64,000 bases of DNA from Basidiobolus meristosporus CBS 931.73 (GCA_002104905.1 MCFE01000465.1:1-64000); one strand, 5' to 3'. Shown: positions 1 to 14,109, counted from the first letter of the stretch. Program-made: numbers and translations. Notes: generated by a model from the letters alone, not told the origin.

Positions 1-686
1 AATGTACTTGGGATTTCCATAGCTCAACTTTCCATTATGCTCGTACTCAGTGATCCCGTCATAGTAGAAATCGGTTTGGACTTGCTTAGGGCCTCCACCA
101 ACCCATTCAAAGTCAATCTCATCCCCTTGAGGATTCTTAATAATAAATGAAGACACAACACCACCAGTGACCGAGGCTGATTTGACTCGAGCAGTAACGT
201 TACCATATAGCATCCATCTGACGGAAGTGACGGTACTACCTTGGCCGACTATGTTACCGTTATGTTTGTTGTTGGTGGCTTTCATTCCTAGCACGAGTTG
301 ACCGTCCTCGATGGAAGCGTAATTTGGAGTCCATTCGCTCATCCATTTGGGACCTAGGTTTGGATTGCCGTCGAACTTGGATGCCTCGACAAGACTAGCA
401 GCGTTTGAGAAGTCATCTGTGAAGCTGACACAAGAAGGTGCGGGATAACAGCTGTTGGGACGACTTCTAGCAGAGTCACAATTGATGGCAAAGCAGTACT
501 GGCCGGAACCGCAACCAACGTTTTTGTAATAACAAGGAGCATACTCTGAGGGACACACGTTGCTCGAAGAACTGCTTGCAGCGGTGACCTGGCTACCGAA
601 GTAAGCCAGCAATGACAGTACACTGATCTGAATCAGAGAGGTTAGCAAGAAACACAAGTAATGGCTAGAAAGAACCTTACCTTCAT
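1..686 (-). CDS. Secreted GH16 glycoside hydrolase/transglycosylase (Crh1/Utr2-like) with N-terminal Cys-rich module; 3' part runs off the window
   Basis: ATG AAG at 686-681, GT-AG intron 680-628, then open frame MKISVLSLLAYFGSQVTAA (signal peptide)...CPSEYAPCYYKNVGCGSGQYC...RWMLYGNVTARVKSASVTGGVVSSFIIKNPQGDEIDFEWVG; EIDFE is the GH16 catalytic motif. Confidence 0.9.
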
Positions 687-1670
687 GAAGGCCATTATGA
701 GTAAAGAAAGAAAATGATTAGAACTGGAGCCTGTCGGGCCATGTATATACTAAAAATTGGCATTTTTCCAGGGTAGAACTCCGTACAGATATGGCAATTC
801 AGTCATGCTCCATCCCCCACATCGATATACCAGAACTACAGTCTAGGTCGCAACCCTAAACAAGATGCCAATGGCAATGAAGATCTCTGAAATCTCTCCT
901 CGTTAGGAAAGTAGTAAATACATCGATACCATAAAGAGAATGATAGGAGTGGATGGGGCTTGTCATTTATTGAACTGACAACAGCAAAACCATGCCGTAA
1001 TTGGCTAGTGTGTTTTCATCATTTCGGCTATTTATATTCTGAACCTATTTCATATTGATAAGCTTTATAAAATTCCACGCCACAAACCGACATTCCATAG
1101 AATCATATTGAATGTTTAGAGGCCACACGATATCAGAGGCACTGCAACCAGTTTGTTGACTGTAAAGCTCTTCATGACATCACAACGACTATATTCTACC
1201 ATCTAGGGCTTCGATCTAAATATAAAATCAAGAAATATGGGTAATTGGATATTAACCTATTGCCTGGAACTTCTATTATTCGCGTCAGCTATCCCATTAC
1301 AGAGGACACAGCTTACTGACATGCTATATTCCACACAGGCTGAGACATCATTGAGCAGTCGTTGGATTGATATCAATCCAGCCCACCGTTGTGAACAATT
1401 TCTGCCTTTGCCAAGAGGTGTTTGTACTATTGGATTGTCCTCCAGAAAACACCTTTGCTTGACTTCCATTCAGGAATCTGTCGGTGAGTGAGCATTGGCC
1501 GAGAGCGATGTAAAACAACATAACATTTGGCAAAACGGTAGAGAAAGCGCCTCTGCACTGTAGTCAATGTTCAGGTTTACTAAAAATCAGAGATAATCAT
1601 CGGCAAATTCGTAGGCACATGTACAGTTATAGTTGCATCAATGAGGAAATGGAATTCCAAGAATACAACA

Positions 1671-3697
1671 CTAAACATATGTTTTCTTTGCAATTGCTAT
1701 TCGGCCAATCCACAAATCGTTGTTTCCAATCAAATGGAAACCGAGACCACTTATATTCATTTTTTGAGAGGGGTACACAGACAAGCTTACTGTTTCCCAC
1801 CTAACAGGCAGCATGTAGATCTGCTCAGGCGATGAGTCTGGCCGATACGGCCCACACTGCCCAAATGCCAAGGTAAAGCGTTTTTTAAGCCGTGTTGACG
1901 CTCGACTGGAGCTGGAGAGAATAGTAGCCTTTTACCGTCATTCAGGATAGGGCTGATAGTAATGGCCAGATTCCTGTTGTCGTTGCAGGTATAAGGATCT
2001 TCATTGTTCCTCACGCTGCGAAGGTAGCAATTATTAGTACGAGCAAGGCTAACATCAACAGATTCATGGCTCGAGGAAGCGGTTTTGGAATGCCAACGAA
2101 CATCGAAATAGTACTTTTCATCCACTTAACCCTAATTGCAGGAGATGCGAGATTGTCAACAAAATATTGTAGGGGTTTTGAGGGGAATTCGTTGCAAAAT
2201 TAGATGGAGGCTTGGTAAGATTATAATTGTTGACAAAAATAGGCCATTGTTTTCTGGCATAATCTGATTTAATTTTGGGTCTTAAAGGAGACGGGCTGAC
2301 CACCAGTTCACTAGACAGACTGCCGTTGAAAAGGACTATCTGCTTCCGGTTATCAAACATTTCTCGGCCCAAGGAGGTGCGTTGATCGAATATTCCAGCT
2401 AGGATTCTAGATAGATGTAAAATCTTATTGGAAATCACCAACCGCATGCGCATCATCCAATGACACAGACTTGTGCTTGGAGTCCAGATATTGTGAAAAG
2501 CACGCTCTACAATTTCGGCCAACAAAGGCTCTGAAGGAGGTCATCACAAACAATCCCACTTTCTGCTGTTCAGTCGACTCCCACACTCTATGGAGAGTCA
2601 CGTTTTCGAAGGGTGAGCCGAGAACCATTGGGGCAATATCCTTAACAACGAAAGACGGGGCGGCCGTATTCCAGAGTAGATTTTGATTACAGATGCATGC
2701 TGGAAGCATATGTTGCCACTCCGTGTTGAAGTGTTAATAATTGGCACCATGTGCGTGTATCACGAAGTTACTACTTCTCGATTCTACTGATTACTTATAT
2801 GCTAGGTTTAGATACACTTTGCAATGTATTAGCGCCGGACGCTGTACACCATCATACTCCAAATCAGATGGGGGTTACCTTAGTCAGTTATGTTATCCTC
2901 ACATCCAGCAGTTAGAAGCGTCCACGGAACATTGTTAACGCCCAATACAACTTGCCTTGTCCTGAAAACATTGGAGTGATCTCCAGCACTGCACGGACGT
3001 TGACATTTGACAACCGGGGTTTCCGCCTCTTGACGTCGCTTAGGAGACCATTCCCTTCCATCAGAATGTTGTAGGCCACTCTTACTCCTTTGCCACCCCT
3101 CGAACGACCTGCGAGCCCGACATTCCCGAAATCGAACTTACCAGCAAAATTGATCTTAGAATACCGGATCGATTCCATCGCATCTTTGTTCCACTCGTGT
3201 AGTCGTTCGAGAGTTCTGAGTACAAGCCTTGCACGGACGAAATTCAAATGATCATCCCCAGGTATCGGACTACGATGATTAACCATGTTGGGGTCGATTG
3301 AAACAACTGTATATCCGTGTGAAGTAAGTTCGCAGCATAAGCGTAACCAAGTTAAGAGTCATACCGTTTGGACAGCGTCCTTCGTCATCTACTGCGAAAT
3401 ACCTAAAAACCCTATGATACCCAACCCAAACCAACAGGGTAATATAGGTGACCTCGCATTTGAGTTGGAAAGGATGAGTTTGCTGGAATATCATCCGAAA
3501 AGATATCGCTATCCATAGTGATAGGATACTTATAAGCGGCATCTTTGATGGCTATATTCTAAAAGAGATGAAGACTTTCTGATCGTTAGCCTGATCTTTT
3601 ACTAGATGTGTTCGCCAAAACAAACTTCTCCTACAGCCCATCTGTTAAGATAGTACGCTACAAAAACAATGCAAATCAGGTGGTTAAATTGGAACAT
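1671..3697 (-). pseudogene. Intronless, frameshifted alpha/beta-hydrolase pseudogene resembling bacterial secreted GHSRGG-type hydrolases
   Basis: Frame-hopping translation gives signal-like MFQFNHLICIVFVAYY.., RGHLYYP, LGYAYAA/ELTSHGYTVVSIDPN, VGLAGRSRGGKGV (nucleophile elbow, ~3093-3110), VPWTLLTAGCEDNI, HGANY*HFNTEW (His motif, ~2716-2748). Several stops and frameshifts; no splice signals needed. Confidence 0.7.
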
Positions 3698-6600
3698 GTT
3701 TAATGAAAACCATACTCAAACACCTCCGCAGAGTGACTCTTATAAAAAGAATCATATAAAGGTTGACAAGTAATTTCTGATGTGTGGAGGCTTGATACAT
3801 ATCCCACCAGGTAGTCAGTTCTTGAAGTGATAGTTTGGTTAGCCGTATTGGATATACAACTTTCCAGTTTTTTGATTCGGGAGCGTTGTTAGGATTGGTG
3901 CTCGTGAGACTTGATATACGTATCCCGATTCGTCAATCGTTATAAATCGGTACAGTGACAAAACTGCCAATCTAGTGGAATGATACATATAATCTGGTGC
4001 ATTGAGGGTTTCTACAGTTTACAATATTATAAATACCAAGAATCTTGGCAAGCGTAACCACTCTAAGTAACCCATACTTGACCAGGTTTGAATGCCATAC
4101 TTACCGAAATAACACCACAACAGTCAAGCATGTGTTACATGCAATTGTACCTTAACCATTTGAACCTTATTTTGTTCTCAGTACCACTTGCAAGATCGTC
4201 ACCTCGTACTTCTCCGCCACAATATGCCACTTACTAATGGTGATACATGAATACTACTTCATAAGTCGTTGCGATATGTTTCAGATGAGTTTGTAAGTTT
4301 ACGGGTACTGCCATATCTGCTAGAAAACTATTGGGTGTTGATCCCAATTATCAATTCAATGGTTGTATTAAACTACGCCTTAGGTCGAGTATCTGTTTCT
4401 TCGAATTCTGGTATTTTCTTGACACTGATGTTGGCAAACGTGATTTATATCGTATATTAGCGGTATTATAGTAACAGCGTAGTTTAACTACGGTCTTGCT
4501 GATGTTCGGTATTAATCTCATTTGAATTATACTCTTTTCAATCCTCCAGGCCCGAGACACGTCGCCCATACATTGACAACATGCATATTATACGCAATTC
4601 TGTACAGCTCACAAGCTTATTATATTCGAAACTTGGGCTTCCATAATATTCTGCGACGCAAGATTATATACGGCATCGGTACATGAACCTGCTGGCTCGA
4701 CGCAACAAGACAATTCTTTGTACATGGGCAACTCGAGCTTTCGAGTATTTGTACCTCTGCACACTGATTTTACAATATCTATTACTATCTATGTTTGTTG
4801 CAGATGCGGAGTCACAAACAACTGTTCTGAATCGACCTTGTTGTGAAACACCGAATTACAACCTGGCTCTACCCTGTATGCCACATGTCTTATGTTCTGC
4901 TATTGTCTAGTTCTGAGTCTCATCCTGTGAGCCCATTAACGACATGCATATGAGCCCAGATCTCACACTATTAGTACTCAAGCTTTCTGAAGACAGCTTG
5001 CTCAAGATTACATAATTTTGTAAGGTGGTCTTTTATGGAATTCACTGGGCTTGTATACTACACTGTTTTTGTTCGTGATGTCCTTTTACAATATCCGCCA
5101 CCTGTTCATTCTTCCACGCGAAAGACAGCCCCTGAAAATGGAAATATATTAGGCGCATTGCCAATGTTAATCGTGCAAAGAGCCAAGCGCAGCTCTGCTG
5201 GGATTGGCCATGAGGGTTCTTCTAATTTTTATATCTTAAGATGATGCCCGGGAGATATGACGCAAGAAGATTATGGTATTTATCCACTGATATTGGTTGA
5301 GAGTCGTACAGGAAATAGAACACAAAGTTTATTTGCTTCAACGTCCAAGTGCTAGCACAGAGCAATCAAATAGCATGAATGGCAGCACCATCAACACAAG
5401 GTTGTTGTATATCTTGGGCATTGAATAGTCACTGGGAAATGGCCTTATTGAAGTATGGTACTTACTGTGGCTATTAGTCAGTAAGACAAGTATTTGGGAG
5501 TGAAAACTTTATATCCCTATGGAAAATCTCATACTTGGAATTCATCTGATAGTCTGCCGGTATTCAGCTGGTTTTCTAATGGTATTTTGCTGGCATTCAG
5601 CTGGTCTTCTTCCTTCAAAATTATAGCTGTAATTCTTTGTGGAAGTAGTGAGTAGCTAATTACCAGATTTGGCATGAATGCTAGATAGCCTAGTCTCTCC
5701 CTAGAAAATATGTCTGCTTGTCTGCCAAATAGCTAGCACCTGAGATATTGAGATTGTGGGTTTAGAGAAACTTGAAATTCAGCTGATGGTATTCTGCTGG
5801 CCTTTAGTTAATTTTTTTCTTAGAGCTTAGGCTTCTGGCTCCCTTCAGGGGAGTAAATTTAATATGCTTATTCTATTATTATTTATACAAAACTGTACCT
5901 TTTTGGCATCATTACAACGTGAAAACTTCAACGTCAACACCACTTCTCAAATGCTCAAGTAAAAATATAGCCATGCTTTCTATCAGCATATATTGGCTGG
6001 CTGTAGTACTTGATCAAGGGTGCTTGTCTTGCTGATTTCCGGCTCTATAAATGCGATAATAGTTATAATAATATGAAACAACCACAAAGCATGATTTCAG
6101 CAAGAGTTTGTGCCATTCTGGGGGCAATGATTCACAATCCCTTTCCGGGCCACCAGAAGTGATACTGGCAGAATGCCTCCCTTAATTAATATCCACACAG
6201 AATAAGTTTTCAGACAACGTGCTGCATATACAAAGGCACCGATATCTAGCCGCTATAGTGATGCTGCCATTCACGTTGAATTACCATAATACAAGCCTCA
6301 ATTCTTCATCAGTGTATATACTCGACATGCTTGAGCTTGTAGTAACGGAGCAAGCATATCACCGGGATTCCTCGTCCCCTTATTCTGAAAGTAGGGTTCG
6401 AAGTGTGATGTCTAAGTAGGTTTCACTTGCAGAAATTAGAATTTGGTCAAAAGAGGGCAAGTTGGAATATACATGTGTTATCACGAGTAACCTATCGCCC
6501 AGAGCTCACACATCATTATTCAGTGTATTCTCTAATATTTCCTAATTTTGATGCAGTGATTGAAAGCAGGGCGCTATCAAGAGCGTGATTGCAGATGTGT

Positions 6601-7262
6601 GTTACTGGCATGGTTTTGATCAATTCTTTGACAGGATCCTGCGTTTTAGGTTGAAATAGGAATCAATTTCACCTTCATACTATTCGTTTCAGCTGGCCCG
6701 TTTGATGGAACCTCACTGGCCTTGGAAGCTGCCATTAAATTATATTAGTCAATATTAATCAGGGATTTCTCTTGACCAGTTTTATGTCCTAGCATTATGT
6801 AAATTCAACTCGTCTTCGAAATTCAGAACACTACTCTTGGTAACAATGTTGGGCTGACACTAATGTAATATTTACACCTCGCGTGCCTATCCGAGCCCCC
6901 TTTTTTGGAAGTCATGAATTCCACTACACACCCACCTCATTTGAATTTTTCTAATAAACGTGACGAAATCCCAGTGGCGATTGAGGAAACGATTCTTGAT
7001 AAGCCTATAACAAGCCTTGGCTCAGCACTAGACCAGAAATTGAGAAGGATTCGTGAGATTCCATCTGATTGGAGTACACTTTAAGGATCGAGTCAACACA
7101 ATTTCATAATGCACATCTAGTTGTTGACATTGATCCTTTCGCTAATCTAAATGATAGTATTCCTACTCTAGCTACCTGTCAATTTCTTCTATATACTCTA
7201 GCATTTACATAATATTTGTCCTTTGAACTCAATATTAGTGTACTCCATCGGTCTTATACCCT

Positions 7263-8538
7263 ATGCGTACTACTAGGTTTATTCAAGCCGACTCTCCCGC
7301 TCCTATATTAGCAGAAGAAACTGGCGACACAGAGACTCATTTGACGCTCCTGACTACTGCCAATCCGGAGTTTGACGGCCTCCCTACAAGGGAGACAAAC
7401 AATCTTGATCTCCCTAGTATGTGATTCTTTTGTGCCACTTGGTTGCCTGTCGCAATAAAGTCTTACTAATCCCTCTTTACCTTTCTCGTGGAACTTAGTG
7501 TTAGCTAGCACCACAAGATCCAGCCACGCTGCCGTGAATCAGCCATTTTCCAATCTTCGCAGTGGGGATCCCCCTTCTTTCTTTGACACACTACTGGATA
7601 ACCAACTACAGCAACACTGGGTATCGTTGCTTGAGGTTAACGGGTCAACATCTGAGACTGGAACTCAGCGCTCTGGTGCATTCATCAACAGCGAAGAGGC
7701 TGAGCAGGTGTTTAGCTTGCCGGGGCGAAAGGATAGCGTTTTGGAACAAGATGATGAATTTATACTGACACACCAGTATCGACCCGACACACACGAACCC
7801 GGAAACCAAATCTTTGACGAGCCTGACTCTACTCAACCCGATTCCTACTCACAAAGTGACCTGGTCCTCGCACTTCCGGATGAGCTTTTATTGAATATCT
7901 TTCAGTATCTTCTATCTTTTCAGAGCTGTTTACTGGCCTGTACGGAGATAAGCCGTCAATGGAACCGCTGTGTCACACCATTCCTGTATCACTCACCCAC
8001 GTTCAAGTCTACGTTTCATTGGGCCATGTTTCTACAAACCTTGCTGCGCCCAAAAAGACTGCACGTCCATGAGTCGTTTGTTCGAAGAATCGACCTCTCG
8101 CCAGGCGCGGCACTGGCTGACATATGCGTCTCGGCCTCGTCTATCATCCAACTTTCCGAACAGTGCCCGAAACTCCAATATCTCAACCTCTCTGGATGCT
8201 CTATTGTTCGTGATGTATTTTATCCTGAAATCAATGAGTATCAATCCATGATGCAACACATTCCTCAGCCCGGGTTGGCTTGTGTGCCTATTTCCGCGCG
8301 AGAGGCCATAGAGTCTTTGGGTAAGTGTTGTCCTCAACTACAGTCAGTGAATCTATCCGGATGCGATTGGGTCTGTGTGGACAACGTCCTACTGCTGACC
8401 AAACTCTGCAAAAACCTTGAAGTCCTTGATCTAAGAAAATGCTTGAAGATCCACTGGGATAGCATTTCTGCAGTGCAGGTAGTTTTAGGACTCAACAGTA
8501 GGCTCAACATCCTCTGGGAAGCCATACGAATCGTTTAA
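7263..8538 (+). CDS. F-box / leucine-rich-repeat protein (AMN1/Grr1-like LRRs)
   Basis: Exon 1 7263-7416, intron 7417-7498 (GTATGT..TACTAAT..TAG) preserves frame into the 346-aa ORF; F-box LALPDELLLNIFQYL..ISRQWNRC and LRRs CPKLQYLNLSGC, CPQLQSVNLSGC, CKNLEVLDLRKC. Confidence 0.88.
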
Positions 8539-9237
8539 TGGAGGAGCCATGATGACGCGAACAATCATTTCCATAGCACAGTCCATTTACTTACTCTTGC
8601 ATAGTCTCCCTTCAACCGCGGCTTCGTATCTTTTGGCCAATCGCGAAAAGATCGCAAGAGTCATTTTGCTCGGTTCATGGAGTCTATGTATGCTAAGGCT
8701 TTAGGCCTTTACCCTTTCTTAACCCACAGCTATCTATTTCTGTCTATTCACTATTAAGGAGTAATCACTACCATCATTTGCATCGCCCCGCGTTACTCTC
8801 ACTAAATGTAAATAACAAACTATCGATCAAATGTGTACCAGCTTATATTTATCTACTGATGACCCCAAGCAACTCATGTGTGGTTTGTATTGACCTGAGA
8901 ATCAGCTCAGTTGCATGGTCTCGTCAACGTAATTATTTCAATAAATCAACCCCGCCGACGTTTGGACGGTTGAGCAGCGCTCTCAGCACATCAAGCACAG
9001 CTCTAACTTCGCCCGATAAACACTTGCCCTAGTGGCCGTTGATGGGATGAAGTCAGTCCAAACAAATCACGTCTAGTTGACAGTTAAGACCTAAGATTGA
9101 TCCAATTATGTCGGGTTTTATTGCACATGACTTCCCTACAATTTCATCATAACTGTTATTTATTATTTACAGAATTCCTCAAAATATCTATAGTCTTGTT
9201 GATCGTTCACATTTTCAACTTGGTTATCATTCCACCA

Positions 9238-12220
9238 TGATGGTAACCTGCAAGAAACGCAAGGATCTGGCTGAATCCAGAGTGCCAAACAAACAATCCT
9301 TCGAGATAGCCGTCCCAGATATGTAAGTTATACTTGTTTGGGACTCTGAGCAGTCCAAACCAAAGGTATACTTATGAATACACTCTAGTGATGATGTCAA
9401 ACGTAGGAAATTCTCTATAGACCCACACAAAGGCTCTAAAATGCCTGATTCTGGAACCCACGAGAAACCAGAGGCTTCTGATAATGAACCGATCAAAGCC
9501 AAGAGGACTAATGTTGAGCTGAAGATAGCCAAGCCTTTAAGAAAGCCTATCTTGGAGTTCATTCAATTTAGTAAGTGTGGGATTCTCGGGGTTTACTCTC
9601 TTACGCTCATAAATTGCTTCTGTCAATACCTGTAAATTAGCAATAATGCTTACCTGTCAACCGTTAGAAACCTGCTCACTCGAAACGCTGATTGAGCATA
9701 CATATGAGGAATTCTTGAATCAATACTTCCCTGAAGAAATACTCACTATACAAACAGCCGATGCAATGTGTGTGATTTCGTTGGCTTACGTTAATATCGT
9801 TGTGAGGAGTATCCAGATATTAACGAGTTTACTCGATATGATACTAGTCGGAAAGGAAAGGTAATCGAGCGTGTTGCACCCACCGAGGTCAAAGGCAACA
9901 CGGAAGAAGACGAAACTCCTTTAGAACCTAAAGCCAACTACCTTGTAGCCTTATTGCGTGGCACTGAGGAAGACACCAAGATTTTAGTCAAAGCTGATGA
10001 TATGAGGTAACGCTTGGAGTGGGAATCAAGCTTAATGACTACTAATCTATTATCTATTGGTAGTCGCTCAAGACTTAGCTACTCGAAAATTGCCATTCGA
10101 CAACTCATAAGCAATACAGCAAGCCGTCGTCGGGACCTGAAGGATTTCCCTTGGGTGGTGCAGGTGGGCGAAGTGATACAATTCATCCAACAACTTCAAT
10201 TCAACTTACTCTTTAAAAGCCCAAGTATTGCCGGCGATATCACGTTTCCCTACGGATTCCCAATGAGCTTAAGCCTACTAAGAACCCGGCCCCACAGGTT
10301 AGCACCATTCATCGTAGAATATCGCGGAGCATCGTCCTAACCACAGTTTCTTGAAGTCAAAATCTGACAAAAAACCAGCTGTTCGACCTGTCATCGAGCC
10401 GCCGGCAGTCAAGTATCCCATCGAGGACTTGGAGTTACCCACCTCCTCGATACTCACATCACCACCTGAATTGACTAGCGATTTTCCAGTCGCCAATGAT
10501 TTGATGGGAGATGTACTAATGATCTGGTCGTTTCTTGATACTTTTGGGTAAGTATCGCCCTCACATTTTTTCCAACATAGGTTCACTTTAATCACCACGC
10601 TTTCCAGAAAGCCAATTTGTATCTCGCCATTTTCGCTGGAGGATTTTATGGATGCTCTTCACCATCAAACTGGAGATGCTCCATGTTCTTTGATAACTGA
10701 ATGCTATGTGGCACTACTTAACGTTGTCATCGCCTCCAAAATGGATAACATCAACGAAAACGATAGTGAAGAGAATGCAGAGTCGAGCGATACAACCAAC
10801 GAGATGGTCGATTGGGTGCTTGAAAAGAAAGGCAAAAGCTGGGATTCTAGCTTGATACCCTTCAGTAGAAATCACTGGGGGTTGCATTTGCTGTGCTTCA
10901 TCCAATGCAATAGGAAGACGATTCAATATTCGAGCGATATCTTGGCCCAGATAAAACCAAGTGGGACCGATGATGAACTGGACGTGAATCAGCAGCTCAA
11001 CGTGCTGGACATCAAGTACAAGGTAGCCATCTTGAACTGTCTTTTGGAGCATGTGCTAGACGCCGAGGCTATTCGGTAAGTGCACGGATGCATCACACAC
11101 TACATATTATCTTGTACTAATTGGGCTCATCCGGATATAGCCAATATATTCAGGAATGTTTGGAAGCCTACTCTGAGACAAGGAAAGAACTATACGAGAC
11201 CAAGAGAGAATTCAATCAAGTGTAAGTGGGCGGTTTTTACCCTGCTCTGACTTCTCTGCTAAGCCCCTTTCGCATGCAGTCGTGCAAGTATCATGGAATA
11301 TGAAAAAGCAGACAAACTATCCGAGCTTCTGGGTGATACGGAGGAGGGTAAAATCGATGAGTAAGTACGAGAATGCATCACTTCTCAAACGACCTATCAT
11401 TTATTTATCTCTCGGCTTATGTTGTGCACTCCAAGCAGCGAGTCTTCAAAGTCTAGGTCTAGATTGAGAGAAGAAGCACGTGTAAAGGAACAAGAAGCCA
11501 AAGCCCGAGTTGAGGAGAGAAGACGGCTGGGCGAGCTAGAGATGAGATTAGACCGGAAGGTAAGCAGAATCCATTCAATATAGAGATCAACGTGTGTATC
11601 GAGTGTTGCGCTCATAGTGGCTTCGTTCTATATGCAGCTGAACAAATTAAGCTTGGAGATGGACAAATATCTGGTTCTCAGGCATGAAGCCCTCGGCTAT
11701 GATAGATTCTTCAATGGATATCATTTATTTGGACGCGTATCACACAACGGTGGCTGGATTTCCGATGGAAAAATATATGTTTGTTCTGGTACCGCATCGC
11801 AGCTGGATTATGCAAAAACGAGAGTCGGTCATCATGCATTCCTTTCCTCACTTGAACCAAATCGTTGGTATTGCATTGCAGAAGACAAAGTTAGTGCAAC
11901 AAGAGGAATCCGTTCACCCAGAACATCTACTCATCTCCCTCAACTCATTAGATAGAAGAAGTAGTGAATTGGTTGAACCCTAAAGGGTGCCGAGAGCTAG
12001 AGCTGAAACAATCGCTAGAGAAAAACCTAGAGAAGGTGATGGGCAGTGCAAAGAAAAGGGTGAATGTAAGTGTTTGACCTCATCTCAACCAGACCGAGCT
12101 CCTAGACTTATCATAACTTCACCTTAGGATCAAAGAAGCATCCAGGGCAAACGACACACGTACAATACCAGACCAGTCGAAAAGCCCTATTTACGCTACG
12201 TAAATACCTGGGTTCGTTGA
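9238..12220 (+). CDS. ITC1: Itc1/BAZ1-like ISWI chromatin-remodelling subunit (DDT + WHIM motifs), multi-exon; start approximate
   Basis: Exons encode PLRKPILEFIQF..EHTYEEFLNQYFPEE, SKIAIRQLI..FPWVVQ, KYPIEDLELP, DDT domain DVLMIWSFLDTFGKPICISPFSLEDFMDALHH, WHIM1 LDIKYKVAILNCLLE, WHIM3/WSD RHEALGYDRFFNGYHLF; ends LRYVNTWVR*. Confidence 0.8.
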
Positions 12221-12641
12221 ATCCACTTTGCCGTATGTGTGGTAAATCCCGGAGAAGCCGGGATACCTCGAAGCAATATATAGATACTGAGGAGATTCAG
12301 TAGTGTTCTACAAACATATGTCGCGTAACAAATAAATGGAAAACATGAGATTGCGCCACACGCTTTTCAGACATCCGCCATTAAGCAATGATTTATAGAA
12401 GAAACCGTACAAGGTCGAAAGGTACATATAATCCATCGACTGATTAAGATCAAGCTAGGAGGTGATTTCAGGCATTCGATTGAAGAGGATACAGACAATC
12501 GTGGTATATAATACAACAATTACCAGCGATTAAATACACGGAAGTATAAAGGATATAATAGGAATGCAGTCGAATAGAATGGAGAACGTCTTCTAATTTT
12601 CTGCGTCGCTATCTTCTCTACGGGGTTGCCAGAGACCGAAG

Positions 12642-14109
12642 CTACGTCCAGGGATTGTCTGGGTGCAGGGAGATGGTTAAGAATTTGGTAGGCTGCAGTA
12701 TATATACGATGAGAAAATAGATCCTACCAGCCAGAGTCTGATGGTTCCATCTTCGGAACCGGTAGCATAGATTTCCCCGTCAGGGCTGTAGCTAACGGTG
12801 TGGACAGGGCCATGATGGCCCTTGTAAACCTCTAGCACCGACCGAAACTTAGTCACTCAGGAATACTGCCAGTTGTCAGCTGATCACTTACCAAGCTCTT
12901 TGCCAGTTTCATAATCATATATGCGAACCCAAAGGTCAGAAGTCCCGCCTACCACAAATCGGGAATGGTCTGGATGAAGAGACACAGAGGAGACCTCATA
13001 CTCCATGTCGAAGGATTTCTTTAACTCGTAACTGGCAATTCAAGTTTGGTTAGCGTGCCTCCTGCCATTTCCGCCTGCATACTTATCTAACCTTTTGACA
13101 TCCCAGAACTGAATAGTCTTTCCAAAGGTAATCGCGATGCTCTGCCCATCGATAGTAAGCCCAAGGCTGGTCGGAGGCTGCTCCGTGCTGATCTCTTTGA
13201 TAACACTCAAACTACTCGTGTCCCATACTCTTTTCGAAGAACACCGATATTAGTTGACGCAACAAACCGTTATTAGTCCTACCCACTACTTACTTCACAG
13301 TTTTGTCGTCACTAGCGCTGATAATCACCTCGTTCAAATGATCCCAAAGGACCGCTTTGATGGTGGCCGTATGACCTTCAAGAATAACTGGCTCTTCGGT
13401 TGGCTGCTTTAAGTCAAATATACGAAGTTTCTTTTCGTGGCCGCCTGTGACAATTTTGGAGCCGTCTGCTGAAAAATCCACACAGCGAACGATATGACCA
13501 TGGGTGAATGAGTGCAAAATTTCTCCGCTGTAGGTATCCCATACTTTACTGCACTCCCACGAAAACAGGTTGGGAAAGAGTCGAGATAAAGGTGAGACAG
13601 AATAGAAGAAGGAGTTTAGAAATGGACCTTTGCCACTTAGCGCCTGATAAAAACTCACTTACGCAGTAAAGTCTGCCGAGCCAGTAACTGCCTTCGCGGC
13701 GTCTTTACTTAAACGAGCACCCCACACTGCACCTTTGTGGCCTAGGAAGGTACCAATCCAATCTCCAGTTTTACCATCACGGAGTATCGGGTTGCCATCT
13801 ATAAAGAATCGAAACAATGGGTAAGAAAGATGATCAACAAGACACGCAAGAATAGAGGCAACTGGGGGAGTTAAAAAACTGTTGTAGACCTGGATTCCTT
13901 TAACAAGGGGGATGTTGCGCAGGAATCTTACTCAGCCAACTTTGATTTGGACAGCTAAAAAGAGGGGACGCATCACCTTTGCAAGCCGAGATCAAATAGT
14001 AGCTCCCGTCAGCAGTAACCGAGGAATATTGCAGATCGACCACCGGTCTGGTATGCCCAGAGCAGGTAAGAGGGATTTGGCGAGCTGCGTTCACAGAAGT
14101 TTGAGCCAT
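12642..14109 (-). CDS. STRAP: Serine-threonine kinase receptor-associated protein (UNRIP) WD40 protein, multi-exon; stop approximate
   Basis: [85 protein letters not shown], the diagnostic STRAP sequence. Confidence 0.92.

Noticed and set aside
1363-1380. Perfect 18-bp palindrome TGGATTGATATCAATCCA
   Set aside because: A single 9-bp-arm palindrome is roughly expected by chance in 64 kb; no supporting context.
3780-5300. Possible decayed coding sequence (snippets such as GGEVRGDDL, STNPNNAPESKNWKVV)
   Set aside because: No ordered set of family motifs could be assembled.
5550-5810. Short degenerate repeats of GGTATT(C/T)(A/T)GCTGG
   Set aside because: Only about five imperfect copies, irregular spacing, no CRISPR-like spacers or termini; at most a transposon remnant.
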